A stretch of DNA of 64,000 bases from Dimorphilus gyrociliatus (lineage: Eukaryota > Animalia > Annelida), in NCBI GenBank assembly GCA_904063045.1, contig CAJFCJ010000009.1, forward strand, positions 1,488,968 through 1,552,967. The letters run 5' to 3'. The notes below the pieces were generated by a model. The model had not been told where the DNA came from. It saw only the letters and a program-made list of their open reading frames with translations, and searched no databases. This document shows positions 36,123 through 49,500 of the stretch, in pieces. The position numbers and the translations under genes are program-made. The number at the start of each line of letters is the position of its first letter. The first letter of the stretch is position 1.

Positions 36123-39100
36123 TTATTTTCCAGAATTTAGTTGTTGTAGTTGTTTCTTTACTAGTTTCGTATATTCATCCATTCCCCCTCCTATTATCTT
36201 TACGTGACCATCGGCTACCAACCACAGTTCTTTACAAACTCTTTTTACTAATTTCTGATCGTGAGTTACCAAGATCACCGCACCAGCAAAATTATCGATT
36301 GCTGTTGAAAGTGCATCAATAGTATCCATATCTAAATGATTGGTAGGTTCGTCCAATACAAGAAAATTGGGACTGCTTAAAGTCATCATGGCAAAAGCCA
36401 CCCTGGACTTTTGACCTCCAGAAAGTTTCCTAACAGTTCTTAGTGCCATATCTCCACTGACACCAAATCCTCCTAATTTGCTCCTAAAAATAAAATAATT
36501 AGTTTGTAAAAAGTTTTTTATGTCAAAATATCATTTACCTGTAAAATTCAACAGGTTTTCCAGGTAGTGCACTTTGTAACACTTCAACGGGATTCTTATC
36601 CAAATCTAACCTATCTATATGATGTTGGGCGAAATAAGCAAATCTACAATGCCTATGTGCCTTTCTTTCGCCACCAGTAGGAGTTAATTCATTTAACAAT
36701 AGCTTTATAAGTGTAGACTTTCCTGCTCCGTTATCTCCAACAATACAAACCCTAGCATCAGGGCTGGCATTAATAGAAACATCTCGCAAAATCACTCTAT
36801 CGCTATTGTCATATTTAAATTTAACTTCATCTAATTGAACTGCTGCACCTCCAGATGGCGGATCACAATCAGGAAATTTAAAAATTACTGGAGGGTCCGG
36901 TTCTACAGGAATTAATTTTGGTAACTTTTCCAGATGTTTAATTTTACTTTGAACTTGAGAGGCTCTATTTGCATTATACCTAAATCGATCTATAAATACC
37001 TGCAACAAATTAGAGTAATAAGAATTTGGAGAAGTCCGAACGTAGAATCATAAAGTATAAATTTTATAGTTCAGTGATCAAAGAAATTTTCATTACAGCA
37101 TTTTTTGTCTTAACCGCTTTAGAAACTAATTTAGTATTTTTGCTGAATATGTCAAATTTCTTACTACAATGAAAACTATTCTCTTCTCTAATGTAGATTT
37201 TGAGGAATAGTTTTAAATTTCTTCCCATGGCTTTAATAACTTTTTGAATAGTACCCAGGGAAATCAGAATTTATCGCTTATTTTAGTATTTTCAATTTGT
37301 TTATCTCTCTTTTAATGAGTTTTATCTTTACTTAAAAGTGAGTTTGATCTATCAATATTTTCTGAACATCCAATAGTTCCAATATTTCTCGATAGAGAAG
37401 TAACCTTTTTTCATATGTATTCTACACTCGATTTTATTTAAAGTCCATAGTATCACCTTTAAATTTTTTAACAGTGCTGAATTATTAATAATATCTATAT
37501 TTGTCCTATTCATAGTTTTAGCAAACTACTCAGAATCATGTTTAATAAATAATATGTAATTGACATACTTAGGATAAGTAAAAAAATGAAAATAATTTCG
37601 AACCCAACCAAGAAAGAGGATATTATGGATTATTCTCGAAAGTGATCTTGAGAAAAGAACACAAGATATGAAAATTTCCTCGATTCTTGATATATTTACT
37701 TGTTTATAAATTATTTATATACTTGTATATTAAAATAGTTTCATATTTTACCTGAATATGTTGTCTATACTCAAGCTGAGCTTCATATTCTTTTTTCTGA
37801 TTCTTTTCTCTTTCTTCTCGTGTTTTTTCGAACACTTCATAATCACCCCGATAATGAATTAATTGCCTTCTAATCATGTGTAGAGTGTCAGTGCATACAT
37901 TTGTTAAGAAGGCACGATCGTGAGACACTAAGAATACAGTTGATTTCCACGAATGCAAGTAATCCTCCAACCAAGCTATTGTTTTCATATCCAACATGTT
38001 TGTAGGTTCGTCAAGAAGTAACAGATCAGGTTGAGAGAATAGAGATCTTGCAAGAGCCAATCTCATTCTCCATCCACCAGAAAATTCACTTGTCTTTCTT
38101 TGTTGGGCTTCATTATCAAATCCTAAACAAAAAAATCAAATCAGATTGGTATTGAAACTATTTGTATGAAGTAGAATATTAAATAATATACCTAAACCAC
38201 AAAGGATTGCTGCAGCTCTAGCTGGTGCAGAGTCAGCGTCGATAGAAGCCATTTCAGCATAAACAGCTTGTAATTTTTCACTGCTGGAACCGTCTTTTAA
38301 TAGTTCTTGTTCCATTGCTATTAAATTGTTTCTCCTTTCATCACTCTCTAAAACACTCTGTAAAACAGGTGTATCATCGGCCTTTACTTCTTGCTCAACA
38401 TGTAATATTCTGATAATATTAGGAATTTTCAATCCTCCTGAAGCAATCATTCTTAACAGAGTTGTTTTTCCAACTCCATTACGGCCAACAAGACCATAAA
38501 TTCTTCCTCTTGACAGAGTTAAGTTAGCATTTTGGAGTAGTGTTTTTTCTCCATAGGAAACATCGAAATCTTCTAATCTAATATCAGAGTTAGCATCGAG
38601 TTTAGCAACCTTTCGGTCGGTTTGCTGACTAACAGTGGCCAGTACTTCTTCAGCCTCTTCTTTTGGCTTAACTATCTATAGTTTTAAAAAGAATTAACGA
38701 CATATAAATATATTAATTATTATTTATATTTGAACCTTGTTTTCCTTCTTTTCACTTTTAGCCTTAAGTTTCTCTTCAGCTTTTCTTAGCTTCTTTTCAT
38801 CAACAGTTCTCATTTTATAAATTTCAGGCTGGTGTAACATCTGCTTAGGTGCTTCAAGAATAGTTTCATTCATAATTAAAGGGTTTTCAAGTGGCTTTAA
38901 ATCAAACGTTTCTTGCTTTTCGCCAGTTTTCATTAATTTTAACAAATCATCACATAATTTTTTGATATTATCCGTTTCATTTCGAAAAGCTGGTCCACGA
39001 AAGAATTGAATAATATCATTATATAGCTCTTCGGCATTGTCATAATCATTTGCTCCTCCATCCGAGAGCATAGCTGCAGAAAAGACGATAATAAGGGGTT

Positions 39101-39276
39101 ATGCAACATGTTGTGCAATAACAATCTAACTAAACAGTATATTTTAATTTTTAAAAAAAAAATTTCCTTATTATACAAAGTATTGAAAAATTTAACTAAC
39201 AATTAATATAATTAGCTACTGATGTAGAAGTATTAGGGAAAATTTTTTTGACAATGTCCACGCAGGAAGCCGCCAT
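36123..39276 (-). CDS. ABCF3: ATP-binding cassette subfamily F member 3 (GCN20-like), multi-exon
   Basis: Two NBDs: GLVGRNGVGKTT, FSGGWRMRLALARSLFSQPDLLLLDEPTNMLD; GDNGAGKST, LSGGQKSRVAFA..LVLDEPTNHLD; N-terminal arm typical of ABCF3; no TM segments. Confidence 0.93.
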
Positions 39277-40058
39277 GGCTTTTCAACAGCGAAATATTCC
39301 AAATTCTACTCGCAAGTTACAACTGGTAAAAAATATTGATTTTTTTTTTATTTCTTTTAATAGTTTGAGGGACATTTAAATTAAATATTGATATAAAATT
39401 CAAAATTCCTATCTTAAATATTCTTTAAAAATACTCTCTTAAATTATTGCAGAATAATTTGCAGTGTGTTTTCATAAACACATCCTTTTTTAGGGAACTA
39501 ATATTCTAAGTTAGTGCCATCTTTTTATTCTTTATCATATTTGTTCCTTATTAGTATAATCTTCTTGTAAATTATATATTGTATAGAATTAAACTCTTGG
39601 AATTGTTTTTGAAAGTAAATCCAAGTTCTTTTCTCATTCAACCGAGTTCACAGGTTTTTTCAATACGGTCTTACATATGGGCTTGGTAGCTAATGCATAA
39701 TAAATTCTTTCTGAACTATTATCATAGCAGTAAACGAGTTTAATCCTAAAAAATTATGCAATTTTAGGCTAAATTGCATGACTTTCAACAGCGCCATCTC
39801 GGGCACCTTATTCAAGGTCATTTTACTAAATTACTCTTTCTAGAAATTCCAGGAGCCTTGTAAAAATGGTAAGTTCACGGTGTTAAAGCATAAATTTAAC
39901 GTCCCAGATAAGCTTGCCTTTTCTACAAATTCTATCTTTATAATATATACCAGTTTTGTGTGTTATTATCTGAAGAGCTGTAACATTTTTTTCGATTATA
40001 ATTGGTTTATCTAAAAATAAACGCTTATCAAGATTTTTCTTGTTAAACAGGCTCCACG

Positions 40059-41613
40059 ATGTCAACATCTTTAATTCTTTCTAGGAGATTTTCAACTGAA
40101 ATTAGAAAAATGTCGAAAGTATTAACCTTGGAAACCATTAATCCTCATGTGAGGAAAATGGAGTACGCAGTTCGAGGACCTATCGTTCAACGGGCTGGTG
40201 AAATTGAAAAAGAACTTAAAAACGGTGTTAAAAAGCCGTTTAAGGAGGTTATCAGAGCAAACATAGGAGACTGCCACGCAGTAGGTCAAAAACCCATCAC
40301 CTATCTTAGACAGGTAGTTGGTTGTTGCGTGTACCCTCCCCTTCTTGAGGATGCAAATTTACCATCAGATGTGAAAGATCATGCCAAATACATTTTAGGA
40401 GGATGTTCGGGAGGTAGTTCTGGATCATATACGCACAGTGCAGGTATTGAATTAATTCGTAAAGACGTTGCGGCTTACATTTCAAAGAGAGATGGCTTTG
40501 CTTGCGACTATAATCATGTATTTTTGTCTACTGGAGCATCTGATGCTATTAAGATAGTGCTAAAATTATTGATGACAAGTGACCCAGCTAATCCTGCGGG
40601 AGTTATGATACCTATACCTCAGTATCCACTCTACTCTGCAACAAATGCTGAGTATGGAGCCTATCAGATAAATTATTATCTTGATGAAGACAACAAATGG
40701 GGTTTGGATGTTAACGAATTGCAAAGAGCTTTGGACGCTAATAGGGAAAAATGTACTCCCCGTGCAATCTGCGTTATAAATCCAGGTAATCCCACTGGAC
40801 AAGTTTTAACACGAGAAAACATTGAAGAAATTATTAAATTCGCCAAAAGAGAGAAACTATTTATTTTGGCTGATGAAGTTTATCAGCATAATATATATGC
40901 TGAAGGATATAAGTTTCATTCTTTCAAAAAAGTTCTCTCTGAGTTGGGAAAAGATTACGAAAATGTAGAGCTTGCATCTTTCATGTCAGTTTCTAAGGGT
41001 TATATGGGTGAATGTGGCATGAGAGGCGGCTATTGTGAGGTAGTAAATCTTGATCCAGATGTTCGCGCTCAACTTATGAAATCTATATCTGCAAAATTGT
41101 GCCCTAATACACCAGGACAGGCAGCTATTGATGTTGTTGTGAATCATCCTCAACCTGGTCAGCCATCGTACGACCTATACATGAAAGAACGTACCCAAGT
41201 TTTGGCAGACTTGAATAAAAAGGCAAAAATGACGACTAAGTTGCTAAACGAAATTGAAGGAGTAAAATGTAACGAAGTTATGGGAGCTATGTACGCTTTC
41301 CCCAACATAACTATCCCTGAAAAAGCAATAAAAGCCGCCGCGGAAAAAGGACAGGCACCGGATGCTTTTTATTGCTTTCAACTTTTGGAAGAAACTGGAA
41401 TATGTGTTGTTCCTGGATCGGGTTTTGGACAGCGAGAAGGAACTTATCACTTTAGGTAAAGAATAAATTTTTGACGATGAAACTGTATAATACTTATTTA
41501 ATAACAACACTTTTATTAACAGAATGACCATTCTTCCAAGTATCCCCCAAATTGAAATGCTATTACAGAAGTTCAAAACCTTTCATATGAACTTCTTGAA
41601 CAAGTACAACTGA
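40059..41613 (+). CDS. GPT2: Alanine aminotransferase, exons 40059-41455 and 41524-41613
   Basis: LTLETINPHVRKMEYAVRGPIV; ANIGDCHAVGQ; PIPQYPLYSA; VINPGNPTGQV; ADEVYQ; PLP-lysine SVSKGYMGECGMRGGY; VVPGSGFGQREGTYHFR/MTILP. Confidence 0.96.
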
Positions 41614-41814
41614 ACTAATTTGGATCATACTTGTGCATAGTTTAAAAAGTTCATAGTCATAAATATCTTCTGTCTAATGGATAAATTATCGAATAGAGTG
41701 GTGATTAGAACTGATAAAGTAGCTATTGTTTGCTTTTTGTCATCTAGTAGTTTAATCCATTTACTATTGTTACAACAACAAAAACAAATAGAAAAATAGC
41801 AATATCAAAACAGA

Positions 41815-43102
41815 TCAGCGATTTAAACGAGGTATAGAATAACGGTTTGAATTTACTTCAAGGTCTGTCTTTGTACTTTCCGGTGCAAAGTCTCCTCCTA
41901 AGTACTCATTATCTCCAAACTCTTCCTGGGCTTTCTTTTGCAGCCTACGTATCTTTTTCACCTGTTTTTTCCATTTATCGACAATGAAGAACAATACAAT
42001 GCCTATTATACTTAAAATTGCACCTAGGACGCCCAAAATAATAAACGCTCTATAAGTAGATTCGGTCAATATTTCAGTAGTTTCTTCTTTTTCAATATCT
42101 ATTTTTTGATCGGAATCGAAATCTCCACATTTATTCTTCTGCGGAACAGGAAAAGAACAATTTCTGTAGCGTTCCATTATAAATTTATTACAAAATATTA
42201 AATTATGGCGGCATTTTGTCCAAGCGCTCCATTCTGACCACTCCCCATAAAGAGGACGCCAGCACACAACTGAACGTCTAGCTGAGCAACTCTCTGTGAT
42301 AAATGTAATATTTTCTCTGTTTCTTTTCAAGAGAGCAGCTACGCATTTATTTTTAGAATATTTCAACTTTAAATTTCTTTTCAGATTTTGTATTGTTGAA
42401 AATTTCGTATTATCCCATTTTGGACCTTTTTCTGAAAGTTTTAAACTCGTCCATAAATATGCTTTCTCTTTAAATAGTGTTATTAGTCGTAAATGAAAAT
42501 ATAACATTGTTTGAGAAAGATCTAATTTTATTAAATGCATATCTTTCTCATGACAAAATCTTTCGGCTTGATCATAAGAAAGTTCTCCTTTATAATATAA
42601 AAAAAAACAATAACCAGTAGGTTCGTCAAAGAAGTAAATTTCCCCATTTTTTTTAAAATCGCATTCAGAAGACGTTTTCACATAATGGAGGAAGTTAGTA
42701 TCAAAATTGATAGAAGTTTGATAACTTTGACAAAATTCTGTACTCAACCAACAGCTTTTACTTTCTAATTCATAAATTATACTAAGACAAAGTGGGTCAT
42801 CTGTACATAAGCTTAAACAGTCATTTATTGATATATCACGTACAGGTTCTTGCTCTTTATCATACCTTATTTTCAGCACTCTATACAATTTTAATTAGTG
42901 TAAGTGAGTAATATTTTCACCTTTTAAAGATAGCTTCGGAGTGGCAGTATTCATTCATCTTTTTAACAGCCCGAAATTCGAACTTAAACTGATCGTTCTT
43001 ATTATTGAACGCTTTACTTAGTTTTATTATGTTGTTATGCGCTTTCCCAGAAACTATAACAGTGTATAACACTTTTAGGGCAATAACCCAGGAGATTAGC
43101 AT
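41815..43102 (-). CDS. Type I membrane protein: signal peptide, PAN/apple, C-type lectin-like, TSP1, TM, short tail (exons about 43102-42920 and 42880-41815)
   Basis: ISINDCLSLCTDDPLCLSIIY..CWLS (PAN); YCFFL..SYDQAERFC..LWTSL..CVA..SCSARRSVVC (CTLD); GEWSEWSAWTKC..ERYRNC (TSP1); AFIILGVLGAILSIIGIVLFFIV (TM). Confidence 0.8.
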
Positions 43103-43789
43103 CCTTTGAAATTTTTACTGACATCATGCAAATCAATAATAATTTATTTAAAATTTAATATTCTAAATAAAGAATAGATACATCATCAATGTCAAATTAA
43201 TTTTTATTGATGTACATAATGTATAACAGTAGCTAATATTGGTAGGTTTTTCCAAGGTTATCGCTACTATATTGATTCTTCACAATGGTAATACTCATAG
43301 AAAATACATTAAGCAAAGATTTATTACTTTCTGAAACGAAAGTTGATCAAGTAATTGAGTCTTTATATACAAAATTTATATGTATAGTATATAAACGTTT
43401 CGAGCGATAAACGGTGAAGATAACTTTAATTGAAAAGATGTTTTTATCAAATAATCAATTACTAATAATAATCTAATTTTAGGTGGAATTCAAATAAAAA
43501 TTATCTATAGATAATTTGTGATCGATGCTGAAAGTTTAATCATCTTTGATAAAAAAAAACATTTCAAAATAGTGCTGGAGAATTTAATGTCAATAAAAGC
43601 ACGTTTATCAAACTGAAGAAATAAAAGTTAGTTGCAACAGTTTTATTTAAATTTATTAAAGAAAATAACAGGATCAAACTAATATATAACCATCTTCTCA
43701 TATTGAATATGGAGTAGATCGATATATTCTATATATAAATATACTAGAATTTTATTAATTTTGTAATAATCATTCATTATCGCCCAGGG

Positions 43790-45452
43790 ATGAATTTTTC
43801 ACTTAGATCTTCTGTTACCAACGGTTATGCAAGGTTGGGAAATCTTAGCCTTTCCTCTGAAGCAAATATTCAGCAAGAAACGCCATTCTGTATTCTCTAT
43901 ACTAAAACAGGTAGGAAATCCCAATAAACATAACCATTTCCCAGAAAGCGTGTTTTCCGCAGGTAGCGTTCCAATGCTGACAATCGATACACTAGAAAAA
44001 GCAAATGTTTCTCCTGGTTTAGCCCAATTCACACTATCATCTTTGTGAGAATTAATTTTTTATATATAGTAAATTTTTTCAAATATATATATTATATACA
44101 TATTTTCCTATATTATCACTTAGCCTTGATCATCAAGATGCTTTAAAAGAGTTTGGTAAAGGAGTTAGCCTTTTCTCAGGGCTTAAGGTAATAAAGTTAC
44201 ACTAGGAATAGCATTTAGCCGTTGCCATGTTTTTTATTTATGTTTTTCTAATAATTTAGAATTTTAAATGCTTTTCAACTGTACAAGATCATATGTTTAC
44301 TGTACCTGAGGGTTACAATGACAAACATTCGGTGGGTGTGTGGTGTAAAAGTGGAAAGGCTAAGTTAGATGTTGAAGCTTTCCTACAAGTTCAAAGTGTT
44401 ATGAAACCAACTTGCTATCAAGCACTATGTGATAGCGATGTTAATCCGAACAGTACAATAAAACGCATTCGAAAATCAACAGATAGAACTCTAGACTTTT
44501 TGGATCAGATTATGGAAAAAAAAGAAAATTATGATGTTAAGAAATTTTCTTAGGCTTTACAAAAATAAGTAATAAGCGAAATGTTTTTTCTTTCAGTCCT
44601 TAAAATCGGTTCCTATCTTTGGGGCTATTGAAGGTGGCTGGAATAAAGAGGAGCGCATTCGATCTGCCAAAGAGACGAATGCTCGTAACGTATTCGGTTT
44701 TACTATTGAAGGTTAGAAAAATTAAGTTTTTTCCTTTGAACATTGTATATTTTCTTTTTATTTCACAGGGTTTTCGGCTCCTGGAGCTAATTTTGAGCAG
44801 ATTGATTTATCTGTTGTTAAAGATCTGATGCGAACAACTATCGTTTGTACAGCAAACATTACATTCAATAAATTATTAATGATTTCTCGTCAACAGCAAG
44901 AACTGCCAGAATGTAAACCACGAGTTTTAAATGGTTCTTGGAACATTAAAAATCTTTTGGAAGCTATTGACTGTGGAATTGATATTTTTGACTCATCATA
45001 TGCATCAAATCTTGCTGAAAACAACAGAGCTATTAAAGCTGATTTTGTGGACTATAATCTAAAAGTAGAAATTATTGATTTAGCGGAACGCAAGTAAGCG
45101 CAAATATTTCTCTTCTTTAAACTTCATATAGAGTAATTTTAACATTTTGCCACAAAACAAAAATAAGGTTTGCCAACGATCTATCCATTTTATCGGATCA
45201 CTGCGACTGTTACTGCTGTAAAATGAAATTCACTGCTGCCTATATATCCCATTTGATAAATACTAAGGAAATCCTTGCTCAAATATTACTTGTTATGTAA
45301 GACTAAAAAACAAATTTTTTGTTTCTTCGACTAAATCATACTTTCATCTTTTCAGTCACAACTTGCACAACTATCTAAAGCTTTTCGAAACTATTCGTCA
45401 TCATTTGCGGAATGGAACTTTCCATTCGTTTAAGGAAGCTTATTTGAAATAA
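43790..45452 (+). CDS. QTRT2: Queuine tRNA-ribosyltransferase accessory subunit 2, multi-exon
   Basis: MNFSL..ARLG..PFCILYTKTGSVP..AQFTLSSL; YQALCDSD..IKRIRKSTDRTL; GAIEGG; GIDIFDSSY; CDCYCCK..YISHLINTKE..HNLHNY zinc site. Confidence 0.92.
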
Positions 45453-46557
45453 ACATATTCATAGACTTTTATATTAATAAACAAATTTTGTAAATTGATT
45501 ATGCAATTCTGTATATAATCAATGTAATTAATATACTTGTATCCAAAGCAACTGACATAATATTTAAATAAGAAAGGTAAGCAACTATTTATTCAGCGTC
45601 TAGTTGGCCATAACAACTATCGACGTCACTTTATAACACGCGTCTCTTTAGATTATCATAAATTATTATTATTATTATTTTGGGGAAAGTTTGGCATTTT
45701 TAAATAGACTTCTTTTCGGTCGATTATGTAAAACGTATTAATGATTAACTTCTTAGTAAAAACAAACAGTAATAACATTCTAATGAACTAATTTCATTGT
45801 TTTCTATTCAATATTAAGGAAGGAAAACATAGAGTTCTACCGCATCTTTATCAAGAAATTGAAAGAAATCTTCCCTATCTTGTTAAATTTTTTCATTGAA
45901 TAAACAAATACATGTTACTTGCGGATTATTTATTAAGATAATATTCTAGTGATTAATACTTAAAGTTACATTTATAAGAAACAAGAATTGGGATATTGTT
46001 ATTCCCATCAAATTCCCATTTTCAAGCATTTCAAGTTTGTTTGCCATTTACAATAGAAGGAATACATTTCATTGCAGAGGAGGTTATTGAATTTTCAAAT
46101 TCATGATGATGACAAGTTCTGTTGCGACTAATATCAAATCAATTAAACAAACTTAGATTCGTTTGTAGAACTATTACTGAAACTGAATGAAATATTTTGA
46201 CAAACTAGAAGCTCGTCGATAAGGAAACAATGAAAATATAAAGATTTACCGTTTCCAATAGTATCTTGATAAAATTAGAATTAATATTCTGGAAACCTAC
46301 TCGCTATTTTCATTGCGCATATGAATATTAACAAGAAAGTTTGCATTACAAACGTTAAGAATTGAATGTTTTTATGCAAATTGTAAATACTGACTATTCA
46401 AACAACATCTCTATGACAACAGAATAATACTTATATAAGCCCAGCGCGTTCTAATTGTACATCACAAGAGGAAAAAGCTTAATATCTACAGAAAGATTTA
46501 TAAATTTAGAAGAGAAAAGCAATAAAGTTTAAGAAAATAAGAGCAAATATCAGAATA

Positions 46558-49500
46558 ATGACACCTCTTTGGGTTATTTTTGCATGCTTTTGCGTGTATT
46601 CTGTAGAGAACGCCGCAGTTCCCACGAAAAGTAAGAAATTTTCAACTTTCTTTACAGTTTGTCAAGTCTTTTTAACTTTTAAACCTTCTTTATAGCATGT
46701 ACGGCCATTCAGAATTGTGATGATTGCAGTAACCCCGCTTTGACATGTACAAGATGTCCAGCAGGTTATACAATCAAGAGTGACGGACAAAAGTGTTTAC
46801 GTGAGTAATCATGGATACCGAGATCATTAACATAATTACTGAATACTTTTCATAAATTTAAACAGCTTGTCCCGACAACTGTTTATCATGTAACAACACG
46901 GAAGCCGAAAAGACCGTTTGTTTGGAATGTAAACCAAGTTATTGGTTAAAAAGTTCTGACAAAGTCTGCGAAAAATGTCCTAATAACTGCGCAACATGCA
47001 AAGAGAAGGGTACATCAGGAACTGCAGAATGTATAACTTGTTTTTTTAGCCATGGTTTAAAAAATGACAAGACCGGCTGCGTCCGTAAGTTATCAAATTG
47101 AAATTATATATTTTATAGATTAAGTATTACATTAAAGAATATTTCTTTATTAGCTTGTAGTGCAATGACAGGCTGTACAGTCTGTAAAGATTCAAATGAC
47201 GACAACGTTGCTGATATATGCGAAGCTTGTAGCAGCAATCAAGGTCTTAAGGGTGATAAGAAAGGATGCGTTGGTAAGATTTTGTCGATATTCCTTATGC
47301 AGTTTCAAAAAATATATATGCTTTTTATTCCTTTTGTAGCCTGTCCTTCAAATTGTCAAGTTTGTACTGACGCAGATAATGATGGTAAAGCAGAATGTTC
47401 ATCTTGCAGCAATCTTTTCGGTCTAAAACCCGACAAGACAGGGTGCGCTAGTTGTTCAGCTTTAGGATCTGAGTGTCTTACGTGTACTATTGGAAATGAT
47501 CAAACAACGCCATCTAGTTGCGATTCTTGTACTGGTGGTTATGTCGTTCGGGGCAATAAGCAAGGATGTTCGAAGTGTCCTGATGGTTGCAAAATCGACA
47601 AATGTTCGGATTCACAAGGAACTGGTACTGCCATTTGTGAAGAATGTAAGGACACTTGGGGAGTTAAAATATCCAAAGCTGGATGCGTCAGATGTAACGC
47701 TAATTGTAATAAATGTACTGTTGAGGCTGATGAAACAACAACTAAGTGTACAGAATGCGTTGCCAGATACGAAAAGACCAACATGAACACTTGCGATTGT
47801 AAGTTTGAGAGTTTTAAATTTTATATCTCATGTTAACATACTTTAACAAATATTACAGTTTGCCCTGAAAATTGCTTGTCCTGCGAAATCAGCAATGGTA
47901 AGGTAGTTTGTAAGAGCAGTGGATGCAAACAAAAATATGCTTGGAAGTCTGATGATGGATCTTGCGTAAAATGCCCCGTCAACTGCAATGAGTGCTCCTA
48001 TTCTGGTGGTATTTCAAAATGTCGTTCCGGAAAGTGCATATCTGGTTATACAGATCGTGTTTCTGATGGAAAATGTTATCGTAAGTTAAATAGTTTACAG
48101 TTGAATATGTCTTTCATAAGTGTCCTTTCATTTTCAGAATGTCCAGATAGATGTAGCAAATGTAGTGATGATGGTACAAAAACAAAGTGCGGATGGCAAT
48201 ACTGTCAAATCGGTTCAGCTTGGAAGGGAGACGATGGATCCTGTCCAGAGTGTCCATCTGGCTGTAAATACTGTTATGCCGATCGCGAATATCTCATCAA
48301 ATGTTCCATTTGTCATGAAAAGAAAACTTTGACCAGTGACAGAGCAGGCTGCACAGATTGTCCAATTAATTGCAATGAATGTGAGCTTGTTGATAATGTT
48401 GCCAAGTGTTTAGACCAACAGTGCTACGATGGCTATTATAGAGATGATAATGGACAATGCAAAGGTTTGGTTAGGGCTGAAATGTTAACTTATTTATTAT
48501 AAATATATGTTTTAAATAACTTTAGCATGTTCGACCGGTTGCAAATCCTGCATCAAGAGTGGCAGTACTACTGAGTGTTTAGTATGTAAAGCTTATTATG
48601 TAATGAACCCAACCACAAAAAAATGCGTTTGTAAGTAGTCTTATTCATTAATAAATGATTTTTATATATCAAAATTTCTCCAGCATGTCCTGGCGGGTGT
48701 GAAACTGGTAAATGCCAATTCTCATCAACAAAATCAGTATGCTCAAAATGTTTGAAAGGTTTTGTTCTAAGCGACGGCAGTTGCAGAGGATGTCCGTCAA
48801 ATTGTGATACATGTAAATATGAGGGTGGTAAAACAATCTGTACAACGTGCTCAGCCAAGCACTATCACGTTCAAACACAAATGTGCATAGCTTGTCCACC
48901 TGGATGTAAATCTTGTACTGAATCAGGAACCACAGTTATTTGTAATACTAATCAATGCTTATCGGGATATGAATACTATAATAACAAATGCTATAGTAAG
49001 TCAAGTGAAATTTAAAACACTACATTTACATAATATTTTATAAATACTACAGAATGTCCTTCTAAGTGTACATCCTGCACTGGAATATGGAGTGCATCAG
49101 TTTTCAAGACTGTTTGTGACACTAATAAGTGCTCAGGTGCTTTTGCAACTGACAGTAACGGTTTGTGTCAACCGTGTAGTGAAAACTGTGAATCATGTAC
49201 ATCACCGGGAAAATGCTCCAAATGTAATACTGGGTACATTCTTGCTGGTTCTGCATGTGAAGGTTAATTGTATAATTTAATTATTATTCAAAATTAAAAC
49301 TGAAATATTTTCCTTTTCATTTAGCTTGTGCAACAAACTGCGCAGATTGTAGCCAGCCTGGAAAGTGCTCAACCTGCCTCCCTGGATATAAATTGGACAG
49401 TGATGAATGCAAAGGTAACATTGATATTCATTTTTCTCTGATAAATTTTTACGAGAAGATTACTTTTATTTCTTTAGAATGTGCTGCGAAAGATCAGTGT

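Noticed and set aside
39254-39380. Perfect Kozak gccgccATGG on the plus strand overlapping the ABCF3 start codon (shared CATG)
   Set aside because: This is the automatic reverse complement of ccATG-GCG-GC (Met-Ala-Ala); the plus ORF ends after a few more codons at the next acceptor.
39560-40068. Minus-strand ORF fragments between ABCF3 and GPT
   Set aside because: Short, interrupted by stops, no recognisable family, and overlapping the GPT 5' exon and intron.
45980-46025. NF-kB-like sites upstream of the giant gene
   Set aside because: GGGAT/TTCCC half-sites do not fit GGGRNNYYCC spacing.
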